Part shown: piece after piece, positions 1 to 9,409 of the stretch
Position numbering within the stretch: position 1 is the first letter of the stretch
Layout of the letters: the number at the start of each line of letters is the position of its first letter
DNA from: Pelotomaculum sp.
GTDB lineage: Bacteria; Bacillota; Desulfotomaculia; Desulfotomaculales; Pelotomaculaceae
Length of the DNA stretch: 64,000 bases
NCBI GenBank assembly: GCA_003489345.1
Contig: DNIT01000188.1
Location: forward strand, 79-64,078
Reading direction: 5' to 3'
Notes under the pieces: generated by a model
Databases searched by the model: none
What the model was told of the DNA's origin: nothing
Seen by the model: only the letters and a program-made list of their open reading frames with translations
Position numbers and translations under genes: made by a program

Positions 1-2
1 CG

Positions 3-401
3 TATCCGCAGTTTGCGCCGGCCGGAGAAGAAGGAGCGGAGGTATACCTGGTACCGGAGGCAATACTGGAATCCTTCGTCGCCCTAGCCCACGCCAGTAT
101 CAAAGAAGCGCGGTATCATGATGCGTGGGCCGTCTGCATGGGGTTTTTTATCGCCCACTTCGCAACGCTGTGGCTGGAGGGGACAGCGGCGGCGGGAAGC
201 TCTGCCGCTAAAGTATTAGCCGCCGCAAAGGCAAAAGGCTTAAGAACCTCCAAGTCTGTAGACGGTGTTTCCGTTAGCTATGATTACGCAGCAATCGCCC
301 AGGATTTAGACGGATGGGCGGCTTGGAAGCTAACCATTTACGGCCAACAATTAGCTACCATGGGTAAGCTTTTTGGCCTGGGCGGTATGGGGGTTTGGTG
401 A
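3..401 (+). CDS. DUF4054-family head-to-tail adaptor (5' truncated)
   Basis: Frame is open from base 3 (YPQF...). IAHFATL, SKSVDGVSVSYD and W.LT.YGQQ motifs are typical of DUF4054. Confidence 0.8.
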   Translation, partial: YPQFAPAGEEGAEVYLVPEAILESFVALAHASIKEARYHDAWAVCMGFFIAHFATLWLEGTAAAGSSAAKVLAAAKAKGLRTSKSVDGVSVSYDYAAIAQDLDGWAAWKLTIYGQQLATMGKLFGLGGMGVW

Positions 402-407
402 TGCAAT

Positions 408-1016
408 ATGTTTAACGCTTTTGCTAAAGCAACCGTAACCAAAGACAATGCCTCAATTTTGTCCAAAGCCGTACAGGAACTATCGAACCTAGACGTGCTG
501 GTGGGCATTCCAGAGGATACCGCCGAAAGAAAAGACCAGAAAGACGATAAGATCAACAATGCGGAACTGGCATACATCCATACGCATGGGGTCAGGAGTT
601 TGCCCATGCGTAAAGAGATGGAAGAATCCATCAAAAAGGGTAAGACATACGGCAAGGCATTGCAGATGTATATCAAAGAACACGGTTCTCCCCTTTGGCA
701 CGTGCCGCCCCGCCCCATAATCGAACCGGCGATTGAAGATGAGGTCAACCGGGAAATTATTGTTGACGATCTAAAGAAAGCCGCCGAGGCGGCGCTTGAT
801 GGAGATGAGCGAAAAACCAGGGATGAATTAACAAAAGCCGGGTTGGATGCTCAAAACATGGTGCGTGATTGGTTTGAGAACCCTAAAAACGAATGGCCGC
901 CAAATGCCGAAGCGACAATCAAACAAAAAGGCAGCGACATGCCTCTGATTGATACGGGGGAGCTCAGAAAATCCATCACCTATGTTATCCGGAATAAGGG
1001 TGAGGCAAATGATTAA
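408..1016 (+). CDS. Neck/tail completion protein
   Basis: VLVGIP, NNAELAYIH..G, PPRP and PNA..T...KG...PLIDTG.LR.SITY motifs; position in the neck cluster. Confidence 0.75.
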   Translation: MFNAFAKATVTKDNASILSKAVQELSNLDVLVGIPEDTAERKDQKDDKINNAELAYIHTHGVRSLPMRKEMEESIKKGKTYGKALQMYIKEHGSPLWHVPPRPIIEPAIEDEVNREIIVDDLKKAAEAALDGDERKTRDELTKAGLDAQNMVRDWFENPKNEWPPNAEATIKQKGSDMPLIDTGELRKSITYVIRNKGEAND

Positions 1017-1371
1017 CGTAGCTGAAATTCTCTATGATCCAGATTTAAACCAGGACTTCACGGTTTACCGTAAAACCGGCACGTGGACTGCTGGGAGATA
1101 TTCCGAAACAGAAACGCCTTTATCCTTTACCGGGGTAATACTTCCGGCCAATGCAAAGGAAATCAATCAATTCCCAGAGGGGGATCGGGTTACGGGTATG
1201 ATGAAATTCTTTTCTGAGCGTGAAATATATGTTACCCGTTCCAACGACGAAGGGAAAGGAACGTCCGATCAAATCCTATGGAGCGGTCACAGATACCGGA
1301 TCATAAACGTCAAGCCCTACAAGGATTATGGATACTACAGGGCATTCGGTGTTTATATGGATGGTGAGTAA
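1009..1371 (+). CDS. Head-closure/neck protein
   Basis: Start reassigned to ATG 1009 (MINVAEIL), overlapping the upstream gene. PEGDR..G and D.ILW.G.RYRI motifs. Confidence 0.65.
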   Translation: MINVAEILYDPDLNQDFTVYRKTGTWTAGRYSETETPLSFTGVILPANAKEINQFPEGDRVTGMMKFFSEREIYVTRSNDEGKGTSDQILWSGHRYRIINVKPYKDYGYYRAFGVYMDGE

Positions 1372-1372
1372 T

Positions 1373-1969
1373 ATGGCTGATACGATCCTCACATTGAGAG
1401 AAACAGAAGACCTGTTTCGGACTTTGACGTTTACCGTCCTGGGCATTGATCTTGATGATGAAGAGACCGACAACAACGACAAGGTTCGTCTTTCCTGGCA
1501 TACCTATGGCGCGCCAGCCTGGAAGATAACCGACGACATTGTTTTTCTACGTGTCGCGACGGTGCCGGATGCTTATATTCAACAGCGTGAAAGCGATTAC
1601 CAGGATGCGGATATCACCGAAGAAGCAATCAATGTGGTTTCGGCATACACCCGTGTTTGGTCCGTGCAATGGGTTCTCTACGGCCCCAACAGCTTTGACA
1701 ATGCCGAAAAAATTAAAAACGCAATGTATGTGCAAACGATAAAAGAAACTCTTGCGGCTAAAAACATGTATCTAATACTTAACGTGCCCAATGTAACGAG
1801 AATACCTGAACTGTATAATGGACAATGGTGGAAAAGGGCTGATTTTTCGGCCACATTTAACGAACAGGTAACCATACGCACGAAGGTTCCTTATATTACC
1901 GGAACCGACATTAGCCTTGTAACTGAAGATAAAGGGGTGATAAAAATAAATGGCAACTCTACCTCTTAG
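1373..1969 (+). CDS. Tail terminator/neck protein
   Basis: Immediately precedes the sheath gene. YGPNS.D.A and R.PEL.NGQWW.RAD motifs. Confidence 0.65.
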   Translation: MADTILTLRETEDLFRTLTFTVLGIDLDDEETDNNDKVRLSWHTYGAPAWKITDDIVFLRVATVPDAYIQQRESDYQDADITEEAINVVSAYTRVWSVQWVLYGPNSFDNAEKIKNAMYVQTIKETLAAKNMYLILNVPNVTRIPELYNGQWWKRADFSATFNEQVTIRTKVPYITGTDISLVTEDKGVIKINGNSTS

Positions 1970-3422
1970 TGATATTGTGAATGTCACTTTGGAAATATCA
2001 CCGATGGCAGCCGTGCGCTCCGGGTTTAATCTTGGGCTCATTATCGGCAATAGCGCCGTTATTCCCCCAAGCGAAAGAGTAAGATTGTATTCCGGGTTAA
2101 CCGCAATGATCGAGGACGGATTTACGACAAGCGACCCGGAGTATTCAGCCGCGACGTTGTATTTCGGGCAAAATCCCAGACCGACCAGGCTTGCAGTTGG
2201 AAGATGGGGTCTCACTGACGGACCAGTGGTCCAAGCGGTCATGGCCTGCCGTGCGGCTAATTCAGAATGGTATGCCTGCACGGTATGCGGAGCGGAAAGC
2301 GAAGATGTCCTAGCCATTGCTTCGTATATTGAGGCTGCGGAACCAAAAAGCGCATTTTTCTATACAACTGCCGATACTGATGTTTTAACCGGTACCGCCT
2401 TGACTGCCGGATACGAAACAGGAGCTGCGGATCCATCCACTGATATTAGCGGCGGAACGGCGAATAAGTTTAAGATTGCGGTAGATGGTGACGCTTCCGA
2501 TCCTCCAGACTATCAGGGCGTCACACTTGCTTTGACGGGCCTCAATACCGGGAATCTCATAGCGGCTGCCATGCAGGAGGAAATTCGGGCCATTGGCGGC
2601 GCATATTCTGCTGTGACCGTTAGTTACGCCGACGGCGTTTACATCATAACCTCCGGGACGACAGGCTTACTGTCAAGAGTAAGGGTTGCAAATGGAGATA
2701 CGAACAACGTCGCTGCGGCACTGAAGATAGGCGCAGTCAATGGAGCCGTTGATACAGACGGCGCAGGCAGTATCATGTCTGATCTAAAAGAAAAACAATA
2801 CATGCGCACCTTGGGCCAATACAGTACCGTAACAGATGCAGCCGCCGCCATTTTAGGCTACGCCATGGGGGCCAATACCGGGGTTGCCAACAGCGCGTAT
2901 ACCCTTGCCTATAAGACAGAGGTTGGCGTTTCCACCGAGGACTTAACGCTAACCCAGGTAGCAACAATCAAGGGTCAAAACGGTAATGTCTACATCAGCC
3001 GAGGCAATACCTACAACCTGTTTGAGCAGGGCATCATGGCCGACGGCACGCCCTTTGACGAAGTAATCAACCTAGACATGCTGTCAAATGATATTCAGCT
3101 TGCATGCATGGACCTCCTGACTAGTGTCCGCAAGGTTCCGCAGACAGAGGACGGTGTTACCATGTTGATTGACGCCATCACTGGGCCTTGTGTTGACGCC
3201 AGGAATCGCGGTTTTATCGCCCCCGGCGTCTGGAAGGCAGAGCCGATCCTGACGCTTAATACGGGGGATGCCCTTTCGCAAGGGTTTTTGGTTCTGTCGG
3301 AGTCCATAGCAAGCCAGAGCGCATCCGACAGGTCGGCAAGAATTTCTCCGCCGATATATGTTCCAATCAAGTTAGCCGGAGCGATTGAGCACGTAAATAT
3401 CACCGTTAAGGTCAACCGATAG
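1950..3422 (+). CDS. Tail sheath protein (DUF3383 family)
   Basis: IVNV, PEY.AA..YFGQ.P.P..LAVGRW, KVPQT.DG and LAGAIEHV.I.V.V motifs. Confidence 0.9.
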   Translation: MATLPLSDIVNVTLEISPMAAVRSGFNLGLIIGNSAVIPPSERVRLYSGLTAMIEDGFTTSDPEYSAATLYFGQNPRPTRLAVGRWGLTDGPVVQAVMACRAANSEWYACTVCGAESEDVLAIASYIEAAEPKSAFFYTTADTDVLTGTALTAGYETGAADPSTDISGGTANKFKIAVDGDASDPPDYQGVTLALTGLNTGNLIAAAMQEEIRAIGGAYSAVTVSYADGVYIITSGTTGLLSRVRVANGDTNNVAAALKIGAVNGAVDTDGAGSIMSDLKEKQYMRTLGQYSTVTDAAAAILGYAMGANTGVANSAYTLAYKTEVGVSTEDLTLTQVATIKGQNGNVYISRGNTYNLFEQGIMADGTPFDEVINLDMLSNDIQLACMDLLTSVRKVPQTEDGVTMLIDAITGPCVDARNRGFIAPGVWKAEPILTLNTGDALSQGFLVLSESIASQSASDRSARISPPIYVPIKLAGAIEHVNITVKVNR

Positions 3423-3432
3423 GGAGGGATAA

Positions 3433-3864
3433 GTGATGTATACAACCTATAGCTTTGCAGACGTTTCGGTTGTCATTAAACACCCTTCCGTCGGTCGTAT
3501 TACGGCGAACGGTGAAGGACTCGGAAACATCAGCATTTCAATGGCGACCGACCGGACTGCTCATGATGTGGCGGCGGATGGGACCGTAATGGTATCGAAA
3601 ATACGCGGCAGAAACGGGACGGTCAGTATTGCTACTCAGCAATCGTCATCTTTAAACAGATGGTTAAAGAAATGGTATAACTACCTCGAAACCGCTGACG
3701 CTGATGAATGGGCGGATGCTACTATCACCATTAGATCAAATGTAATGGATGATCACCATACGATAACCGGCGTTTCCCCGCAGAAACAGCCTGACAGGCC
3801 GTATCAGGCGCAAGGGCAGCAAGTGACATGGACGCTGATGGCGGCAGATATTCAACAGGATTAA
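3433..3864 (+). CDS. Tail tube protein (DUF3277-like)
   Basis: Follows the sheath gene. YSF.DV, AADG.V.VS and Q.S..N.WL motifs. Confidence 0.85.
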   Translation: MMYTTYSFADVSVVIKHPSVGRITANGEGLGNISISMATDRTAHDVAADGTVMVSKIRGRNGTVSIATQQSSSLNRWLKKWYNYLETADADEWADATITIRSNVMDDHHTITGVSPQKQPDRPYQAQGQQVTWTLMAADIQQD

Positions 3865-3882
3865 ACCCGGGAGGAATCCATT

Positions 3883-4347
3883 ATGAACAAAAGAGAGATT
3901 TACAAACCGTTTGAATTTGAGGGCCGGAAGTGGCGTATCGGAAAATTTGACGCTATGACCGGTTCTTACATTGCATATAAGCTGATGGCCGAAATGCTTC
4001 CGATGGGGCTTAATGCTGCGGTTGGCATTCCTGCACCCGGTTCCCCCGAAGCACAGAATTTATCTCTAGCGCCTGCACAAACGGCGGTTATGTCGAAGGC
4101 CGATTTCTTTGAACTGCAACGGGACTGTCTGAGCGTTGTGGCCGAGATGCTTCCCGCCGGGCCGGCTCCGGTCTTGCTTGAAAACGGCCAGTTTGGGGTC
4201 GATGACCTGGAGCATGATGCAAGAACGGTGTTGGCGCTGACTATTCAGGTGTTGTCATGGAACGTGTCAAGTTTTTTCGACGCCGCCCTCTTGGGTTCCC
4301 TAGCCGATTCGATATCGAATATATTCCGGCCAAATGCGAAAATGTAA
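3883..4347 (+). CDS. Tail assembly chaperone (G-like)
   Basis: Lies between tube and tape-measure genes and contains the slippery heptamer T TTT TTC at 4272-4278. Confidence 0.75.
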   Translation: MNKREIYKPFEFEGRKWRIGKFDAMTGSYIAYKLMAEMLPMGLNAAVGIPAPGSPEAQNLSLAPAQTAVMSKADFFELQRDCLSVVAEMLPAGPAPVLLENGQFGVDDLEHDARTVLALTIQVLSWNVSSFFDAALLGSLADSISNIFRPNAKM

Positions 4348-4517
4348 ACGAATGGCTTTATTCCCCGGTGATAGCCGGGGACTGGAAGCAGTACGAGCTT
4401 TGGAACGGCTGCTATAATCTTGATGATTTGCTGGACTGGCATGAAATGGCTACGGTGAAAATAGAGAACCAACGTAGAGCCGAAGAGGCGGCGGCAGCAA
4501 AGAGGGGAAATCCATAG
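4272..4517 (+). CDS. -1 frame extension of the tail chaperone (GT-like product)
   Basis: The -1 frame is open 4257-4517 with W.Q.ELW.G.Y.LDDLLD.HE, and has no clear ribosome-binding site of its own. Confidence 0.65.
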   Translation, partial: FFRRRPLGFPSRFDIEYIPAKCENVNEWLYSPVIAGDWKQYELWNGCYNLDDLLDWHEMATVKIENQRRAEEAAAAKRGNP

Positions 4518-4543
4518 GGAAGGGCCATTACAACCCTTCCCTT

Positions 4544-6037
4544 TTGAGGGGCGTGATTAAAATCTTAAACGTGATCCGTGAGTATTTGATTAGTCTAGGG
4601 TATAAGGTTGACACCCAGGGCTTTGAAGCCGCCAAAAGCACCATGAACGAGATGGGCAAGGTCGTGGATGATTTTGCAGGATCTTCCGCTTTTCGTTTTG
4701 CGGCTGCCGGAGCTGCGATAACGGGTTTTGTTTATACGGCGGGAAAAGCTCTGCAGCAATTTACTTTTGGCGTTGCCAATGCCGACCTGCAGAATGAAAT
4801 GTTTGCCCGGCGCATGTGGATGAGCAAGGATGCGGCGGGAGCATACAGAAATTCCCTAAGCGCCCTTGGTGTTACTTTGAACGACCTTTACCTCTCCCCT
4901 GAGCTGATGGATAGATTCGTTGAGCTGCGGGAACAGGCGTTAACATTAGGTCCTCCCACCGGCTTTGAGGAAAGCATGAAGGAGCTGCGGGAACAGGCGT
5001 TAACATTAGGTCCTCCCACCGGCTTTGAGGAAAGCATGAAGGAGCTCCGCGACATTACTTTTGAGTTCCAGAGGTTTAAGTTGGAGGCCACGTATGCGGT
5101 GAAGTGGGTGAGTTATTATCTGACCAGGTACCTTTCCGGGCCGCTGTTTGGATTAAAAGGGGGGCTCCGGGAGATAAACGACTTGATCGTGGATAAGATG
5201 CCGGTTTGGACTCGCAGAATTGCACAAGTATTGAGCTGGTTTGTGCGATTCGGGAATGCGGCATATGCGACCGGCAAGGGGCTAGGAAAAATGTGGGACG
5301 GCTTGGATGAATCAACAAAGAAGCTCATTCTATTGCTTGCCGGTTTGCGAACATTGCTCTGGACTCTAGCGTTGCCCTTCGCTCCGCTTATACTTGGCCT
5401 TACGGCGCTCATTTTGCTTTATGATGACTTTATGACCCATGAAAAAGGTGGAAAATCAGCATTTCCTAAATTGTGGGAAGAAGTTAAGAGGCTAAAAGAA
5501 GAAATGGAGGAAGATGGGTCATTAACCAAATTTAAAGAAAATCTTGAAGGCATTTCTTCAACTACACTGGACATTTTAAATAATCTTGGCGGTATCATTG
5601 CAAAAATAACAGGAATAACAGACCTTGGTAGCGTTATCCATGGTTTTTTGGACCTGGTAAATAGGCTACTTGAAAATACTAAGTCATTTTTACAAACAAT
5701 AGCAGGATCTTTGAAGGATATCAGGGGATGGCTTGAAAACAACCCTGAACTTCAAGAAGAAGGAGTTAGACAACGAAACGAGGGCTTTAGGGGACTTTTT
5801 GGGATAAATGGACTGTTTGAGAACGGAGTTTTCGGAAGCGATCCCTTTGGAATGAATAGATACTTCGGTGCAAACCCTTATTTGCTCAACTCTATTAAAG
5901 GAAATACCAATATTTCAACGACTATAAGCCCGAAATATTATATCTATGGAGCAAGCAACCCTGAAACTGTTGCCCTGGCTATTGCCCGCAAAAGTGCCGG
6001 TCTGCAAACTCGAATCTTTCAAGGAGGGATTACCTAA
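4544..6037 (+). CDS. Tape measure protein (short, ~490 aa)
   Basis: IREYLISLGY.VD start, helical Ala/Gly/Leu-rich body, hydrophobic segment followed by LL.DDF, expected position. Exact start uncertain. Confidence 0.8.
   Translation: MRGVIKILNVIREYLISLGYKVDTQGFEAAKSTMNEMGKVVDDFAGSSAFRFAAAGAAITGFVYTAGKALQQFTFGVANADLQNEMFARRMWMSKDAAGAYRNSLSALGVTLNDLYLSPELMDRFVELREQALTLGPPTGFEESMKELREQALTLGPPTGFEESMKELRDITFEFQRFKLEATYAVKWVSYYLTRYLSGPLFGLKGGLREINDLIVDKMPVWTRRIAQVLSWFVRFGNAAYATGKGLGKMWDGLDESTKKLILLLAGLRTLLWTLALPFAPLILGLTALILLYDDFMTHEKGGKSAFPKLWEEVKRLKEEMEEDGSLTKFKENLEGISSTTLDILNNLGGIIAKITGITDLGSVIHGFLDLVNRLLENTKSFLQTIAGSLKDIRGWLENNPELQEEGVRQRNEGFRGLFGINGLFENGVFGSDPFGMNRYFGANPYLLNSIKGNTNISTTISPKYYIYGASNPETVALAIARKSAGLQTRIFQGGIT
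4922..5041 (+). repeat. Perfect 60-bp tandem duplication in the tape measure gene
   Basis: 4922-4981 is identical to 4982-5041 and encodes ELREQALTLGPPTGFEESMK twice. Confidence 0.97.
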
Positions 6038-6615
6038 TGGCTTTATCCCCCGTATTGCCTTATAGGCTGGAAGATGTACAACAACTTGTTTACGCTAAAA
6101 CAAATATAGGAGGCTATTTCTTTGACGCCTTTTTGCGCATGGAACATACAAGTTCGATTACTCTAACTGAGCACCCGATTCAATCCGGAGGGACGGCAGT
6201 TGATCATTCTTATCTTAACCCCTCCGTACTGATCATGGAAATAGGCATGTCTGATACGGCTAAAAGCCTTGTTGACGGTCAGTTCGCCGGAGGGTGGTCG
6301 CGGTCGGTAAGGGCATATGAAATATTGCTGGAGTTGCAAAAACAGCGGCTTCCGATTCAGGTTGTTACCAGACTAAAAGTATACGACAACATGTTGATTG
6401 AAACCATAGCCGCCCCGGATGACTATACTACGCTTTACGGCTTACGGGCTACGGTAACCCTTCGGGAAATATTCGTCGCTACGGTCAAAACGGTCAAGAT
6501 TAGTTCTAGGCCGCATGCGACGGATAGTACCCCAAGGGGAGATGTGCAGCCGGTAGAAACCAAAGAAGCCATTATTCTAGAAATGATTGATTTATACAAA
6601 AAGCTTTTTTTGTAA
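6037..6615 (+). CDS. Baseplate hub/tail-tube initiator (Dit-like)
   Basis: FDA....EH....T.HPIQ.G....DH, L.ELQ....P..V.T....Y.NMLI motifs. Confidence 0.8.
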   Translation: MALSPVLPYRLEDVQQLVYAKTNIGGYFFDAFLRMEHTSSITLTEHPIQSGGTAVDHSYLNPSVLIMEIGMSDTAKSLVDGQFAGGWSRSVRAYEILLELQKQRLPIQVVTRLKVYDNMLIETIAAPDDYTTLYGLRATVTLREIFVATVKTVKISSRPHATDSTPRGDVQPVETKEAIILEMIDLYKKLFL

Positions 6616-6667
6616 AAAATTTTGCAAATATTATGTTATGATATTTACAAAAAGGAAGAAATGCCTA

Positions 6668-7687
6668 ATGAACAAAATTGCAAAAACAATTTTATTTGCG
6701 GTGCTCATATTTATGTTTATTGGTGTTTCCGCTAGTTTGGTTTCTTGCGTAAGCCAAAATAATGGCAATGATACTGGACTACTAACTAATACAGAGACCT
6801 TAACTGATGAAACAAGCATGGAACCACCGATTCAATTAACAGTGGAAAAGCTAAGAAATGATTACGACGATAATCCGTTTGCAGCAGATCAGGCATATAA
6901 AAATAAAAACCTGGAAATAACAGGTAAGATACTTACGATTGATAGAAATAATAATGGCGTTCCTTATATTGATTTCGTTGCCGATAATACTCAGGATGTT
7001 TTTACTGATGTGTTTTGCCATTTCGACAAAAAAGACGAGTCTAGTTTAGCTCAGGTAAAACGTGGTCAGATAGTAAAAATACAAGGTATTTGCATGGGTC
7101 AGAAAAATTCCAATGTATTACCTGGAAGTAGCATATTTATTGATAATTGTAAAATTATTAGTGCAGAAGATGATCAAGAACCTGCAGAGGAGCATTCAAG
7201 CATACTTTACCAATATTACAATAGCAATAGCCCGCAAGAAGATAGTTCTATTGCTATTGTGCCTACCCAGGAAGAAATAAACTACATTATGTCCATAACT
7301 TCCGAAGTAGATGATCCAGCAATTTATTTCAAAGCATTACTTCAAACGCCTGTAACAACATCTGATGGGGGAACTGGATGGATAACGGCTGTAGTAGGAA
7401 GTAGATACCCAACAGCAGATGGATATGGTAGGATAGTATTTTTCTGGCACAATAAAGATTTTATTGGATTTGACTCTGATCACGAATCGCTTGCTTCAAG
7501 CATAAGCGAATCTGGTCCTGGATATATTCAGGTTTCTTATCACCAATATGCACCAGGAGATCCGTTAAGTTCTCCATCTCTACCAGACAAAAAAATAATA
7601 TATCGCTGGAATGGAAAAACATTCTCAGCGTCAGAAAACCTTAATAATAAAGACAATGGCTTAAGTTATGTTCATATTAAAAGATGA
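6668..7687 (+). CDS. Moron lipoprotein: tRNA_anti-like OB-fold plus LppP/LprE-like domain
   Basis: Signal peptide ending in lipobox LVSC; Y..N...AD..YK.K.LEITG.I (OB-fold); TADG....VFFWH...FIG.D (LppP/LprE-like). AT-rich. Confidence 0.7.
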   Translation: MNKIAKTILFAVLIFMFIGVSASLVSCVSQNNGNDTGLLTNTETLTDETSMEPPIQLTVEKLRNDYDDNPFAADQAYKNKNLEITGKILTIDRNNNGVPYIDFVADNTQDVFTDVFCHFDKKDESSLAQVKRGQIVKIQGICMGQKNSNVLPGSSIFIDNCKIISAEDDQEPAEEHSSILYQYYNSNSPQEDSSIAIVPTQEEINYIMSITSEVDDPAIYFKALLQTPVTTSDGGTGWITAVVGSRYPTADGYGRIVFFWHNKDFIGFDSDHESLASSISESGPGYIQVSYHQYAPGDPLSSPSLPDKKIIYRWNGKTFSASENLNNKDNGLSYVHIKR

Positions 7688-7809
7688 AAATTAGAAAGTG
7701 GAAAAATAAAAAATTTCCATAAGAAATTCTTAAAGCAAACTTATGGTAAAATAAACTTGGAGTTGCCGTTTGGCGGTCGGTCACTTTCCCGTGAGGGGAG
7801 GTGATGCCT

Positions 7810-7890
7810 ATGATTACATGGCCGGAACTTTTTGGTTTTTGCCTGTTGATTGTGGGTATCGTTTCTCTATGCTTAATGCATAAGAAATAA
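7810..7890 (+). CDS. Type I toxin-like membrane peptide (MITWPELFGFCLLIVGIVSLCLMHKK)
   Basis: Strong SD GGGGAGGTG; one hydrophobic helix with a basic C-terminus; alternative ATG at 7804. Not in the ORF track. Confidence 0.75.
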   Translation: MITWPELFGFCLLIVGIVSLCLMHKK

Positions 7891-7968
7891 ACAGACCGCC
7901 TTTAAGTAAGGCGGTCTAAGACGGTCTAAGGACCTGCCGCCCTGCCAAAAGCGGCAACTCCTTTTATT
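7885..7968 (-). ncRNA. Putative convergent antisense antitoxin RNA
   Basis: Minus-strand promoter TTGACG-17-TATCAT (8003-7975). Hairpin AGACCGCCTT/AAGGCGGTCT at 7893-7917 is followed by a U-rich tail on the minus strand. Ends approximate. Confidence 0.65.
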
Positions 7969-7974
7969 AAGCAT

Positions 7975-8003
7975 ATGATAACATTTGAAAAAAAATTCGT
8001 CAA
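7975..8003 (-). promoter_or_regulatory. Sigma-A promoter for the antisense RNA
   Basis: TTGACG, 17-nt spacer, TGn extended -10 TATCAT. Confidence 0.7.
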
Positions 8004-8089
8004 TGGGAGACCCCTTAAGGGGTGGCTCTTTTTCTCATTACTTGAAAGAGGATGACGTGCCGGTCATAAATTCTAAAGGATGGTTAAAT

Positions 8090-8635
8090 ATGAGAGCATT
8101 GGATGACCCAGCGCTTGAAAAAATAGCGATGGAGCTTGAGAGAACGGAGAGGAAAGGGATTGATATTGTTCTATGTGCGTCTAAGGCCATAGGGGAAATC
8201 ATGCAAATTACTGAAAAATACTTACCTGATGCAGTAACCGGGTTGATTGATGGAGATCTTGCTAAGGAAGATGCTCTTGAATTTGGTAGATTAGCAATGA
8301 GAATCACCGAAACGTCAAACATTATTCATGAGTTTCTTGGCTCTAATTATAGGTTTCGCGTGTCCCCATATATTGAACCTTCAAAAGATGGAGGATCTAA
8401 ACCAGTTGAAGTCCATAACAAAAGAGTAGATATTACAAAGGCTGTAAGGGTATCTGTTTTGAAACGAGACAACTACAGATGTCAATGGTGCGGAGCAACA
8501 TCGTTTACCGCTGAATTAGTAATTGACCATATTGTTCCAGTGGCGCGTGGTGGGAAAAACAATATCGAGAATCTACGCGTTCTTTGTAAAGATTGTAACG
8601 AAGGAAAGAGTTCAAAGCTGGATGAAGACATTTAA
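8090..8635 (+). CDS. HNH endonuclease with an N-terminal helical domain
   Basis: RD.Y.CQWCG...IDHIVP...GG.N...NL..LC..CN.GK motif; start reassigned to ATG 8090. Confidence 0.9.
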   Translation: MRALDDPALEKIAMELERTERKGIDIVLCASKAIGEIMQITEKYLPDAVTGLIDGDLAKEDALEFGRLAMRITETSNIIHEFLGSNYRFRVSPYIEPSKDGGSKPVEVHNKRVDITKAVRVSVLKRDNYRCQWCGATSFTAELVIDHIVPVARGGKNNIENLRVLCKDCNEGKSSKLDEDI

Positions 8636-8700
8636 TGCAGTGATGGAATTAATAAGAAATTGGGAGCCCATTCAGCAGGTTAGGAAAACAGGTTAACCCT

Positions 8701-8727
8701 AAAACGCCTCCGGGCGTTTTTCTTTTT
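8701..8727 (+). terminator. Intrinsic terminator
   Basis: AAAACGCC-TCC-GGGCGTTTT hairpin with T-tract. Confidence 0.6.
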
Positions 8728-8768
8728 GGTTTTTTAAACAAACGCCCCTATTGAAAGGTCGTGTCAAT

Positions 8769-8993
8769 ATGCAAAAAATATATGTCCAGCGCATAGAAAA
8801 TCTGGTTGACATCGAAGATAAGATATTTGAAATCCACGGTATCAGTGCAGCGTTAAATGCCGCCCTAGTTCAGGAGGTTACCGTGCAAGACTTGAAGGGC
8901 ATTGCAGTCGAATTGCACGAAAAGATAACAGATTTATCCAAGATGGAAATAAGGGTATCAACACGAGAAATGAGTTTTAATAAGGATAATTAA
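8769..8993 (+). CDS. Hypothetical protein
   Basis: SD AAAGGT upstream of ATG; helical 74-aa ORF. Confidence 0.55.
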   Translation: MQKIYVQRIENLVDIEDKIFEIHGISAALNAALVQEVTVQDLKGIAVELHEKITDLSKMEIRVSTREMSFNKDN

Positions 8994-9246
8994 GCGTTAG
9001 TTTGGCAGAGTTAAGCAAGGGACACCTATCTCCATTATCGCCTTTTCCATCACAGAAGAATCCGTCGTATTCATTTTGTTTTTTTATTTCCTTGCGATAG
9101 ATAATATCTGATATTGGACAACTAACAGAGTATAAAACAGCTATCCCAGAATCTTTTTCAGGCAAGCGATACCTTGCTCTTAATGACACATCAACGAGCC
9201 ATTTGGGGCAATATCCGTGTATGTATTTATATGTAAAATAAACCAT
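8977..9246 (-). CDS. Hypothetical Cys-containing protein
   Basis: SD AAGGAGTG upstream of ATG; four Cys (CP, CP, C, CP). Confidence 0.6.
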   Translation of the reverse strand: MVYFTYKYIHGYCPKWLVDVSLRARYRLPEKDSGIAVLYSVSCPISDIIYRKEIKKQNEYDGFFCDGKGDNGDRCPLLNSAKLTLNYPY

Positions 9247-9348
9247 TAACTACACTCCTTACTACTAATGTTTATTATCTAACGCACTATTCTGCAAGGA
9301 AACATAGTTTCCTTTTGCAAATAATGTAGAATCTGTTTAATCCAATAT

Positions 9349-9409
9349 ACCCGTTCGGGATCGCATGGCCAGCGAAAAGCGTCTCCCTCCAGCGCCTGCC
9401 TGAGCGGGT
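9349..9409 (+). ncRNA. Predicted three-way-junction RNA upstream of the antirepressor (C4-like topology)
   Basis: 11-bp closing stem ACCCGTTCGGG/CCTGAGCGGGT enclosing two hairpins, followed by a terminator-like hairpin at about 9419-9448. Confidence 0.5.

Noticed and set aside
9294-9318. GGAAAC-ATA-GTTTCC as a LexA box
   Set aside because: The spacer is 3 nt rather than 4. It may be another operator but cannot be assigned.
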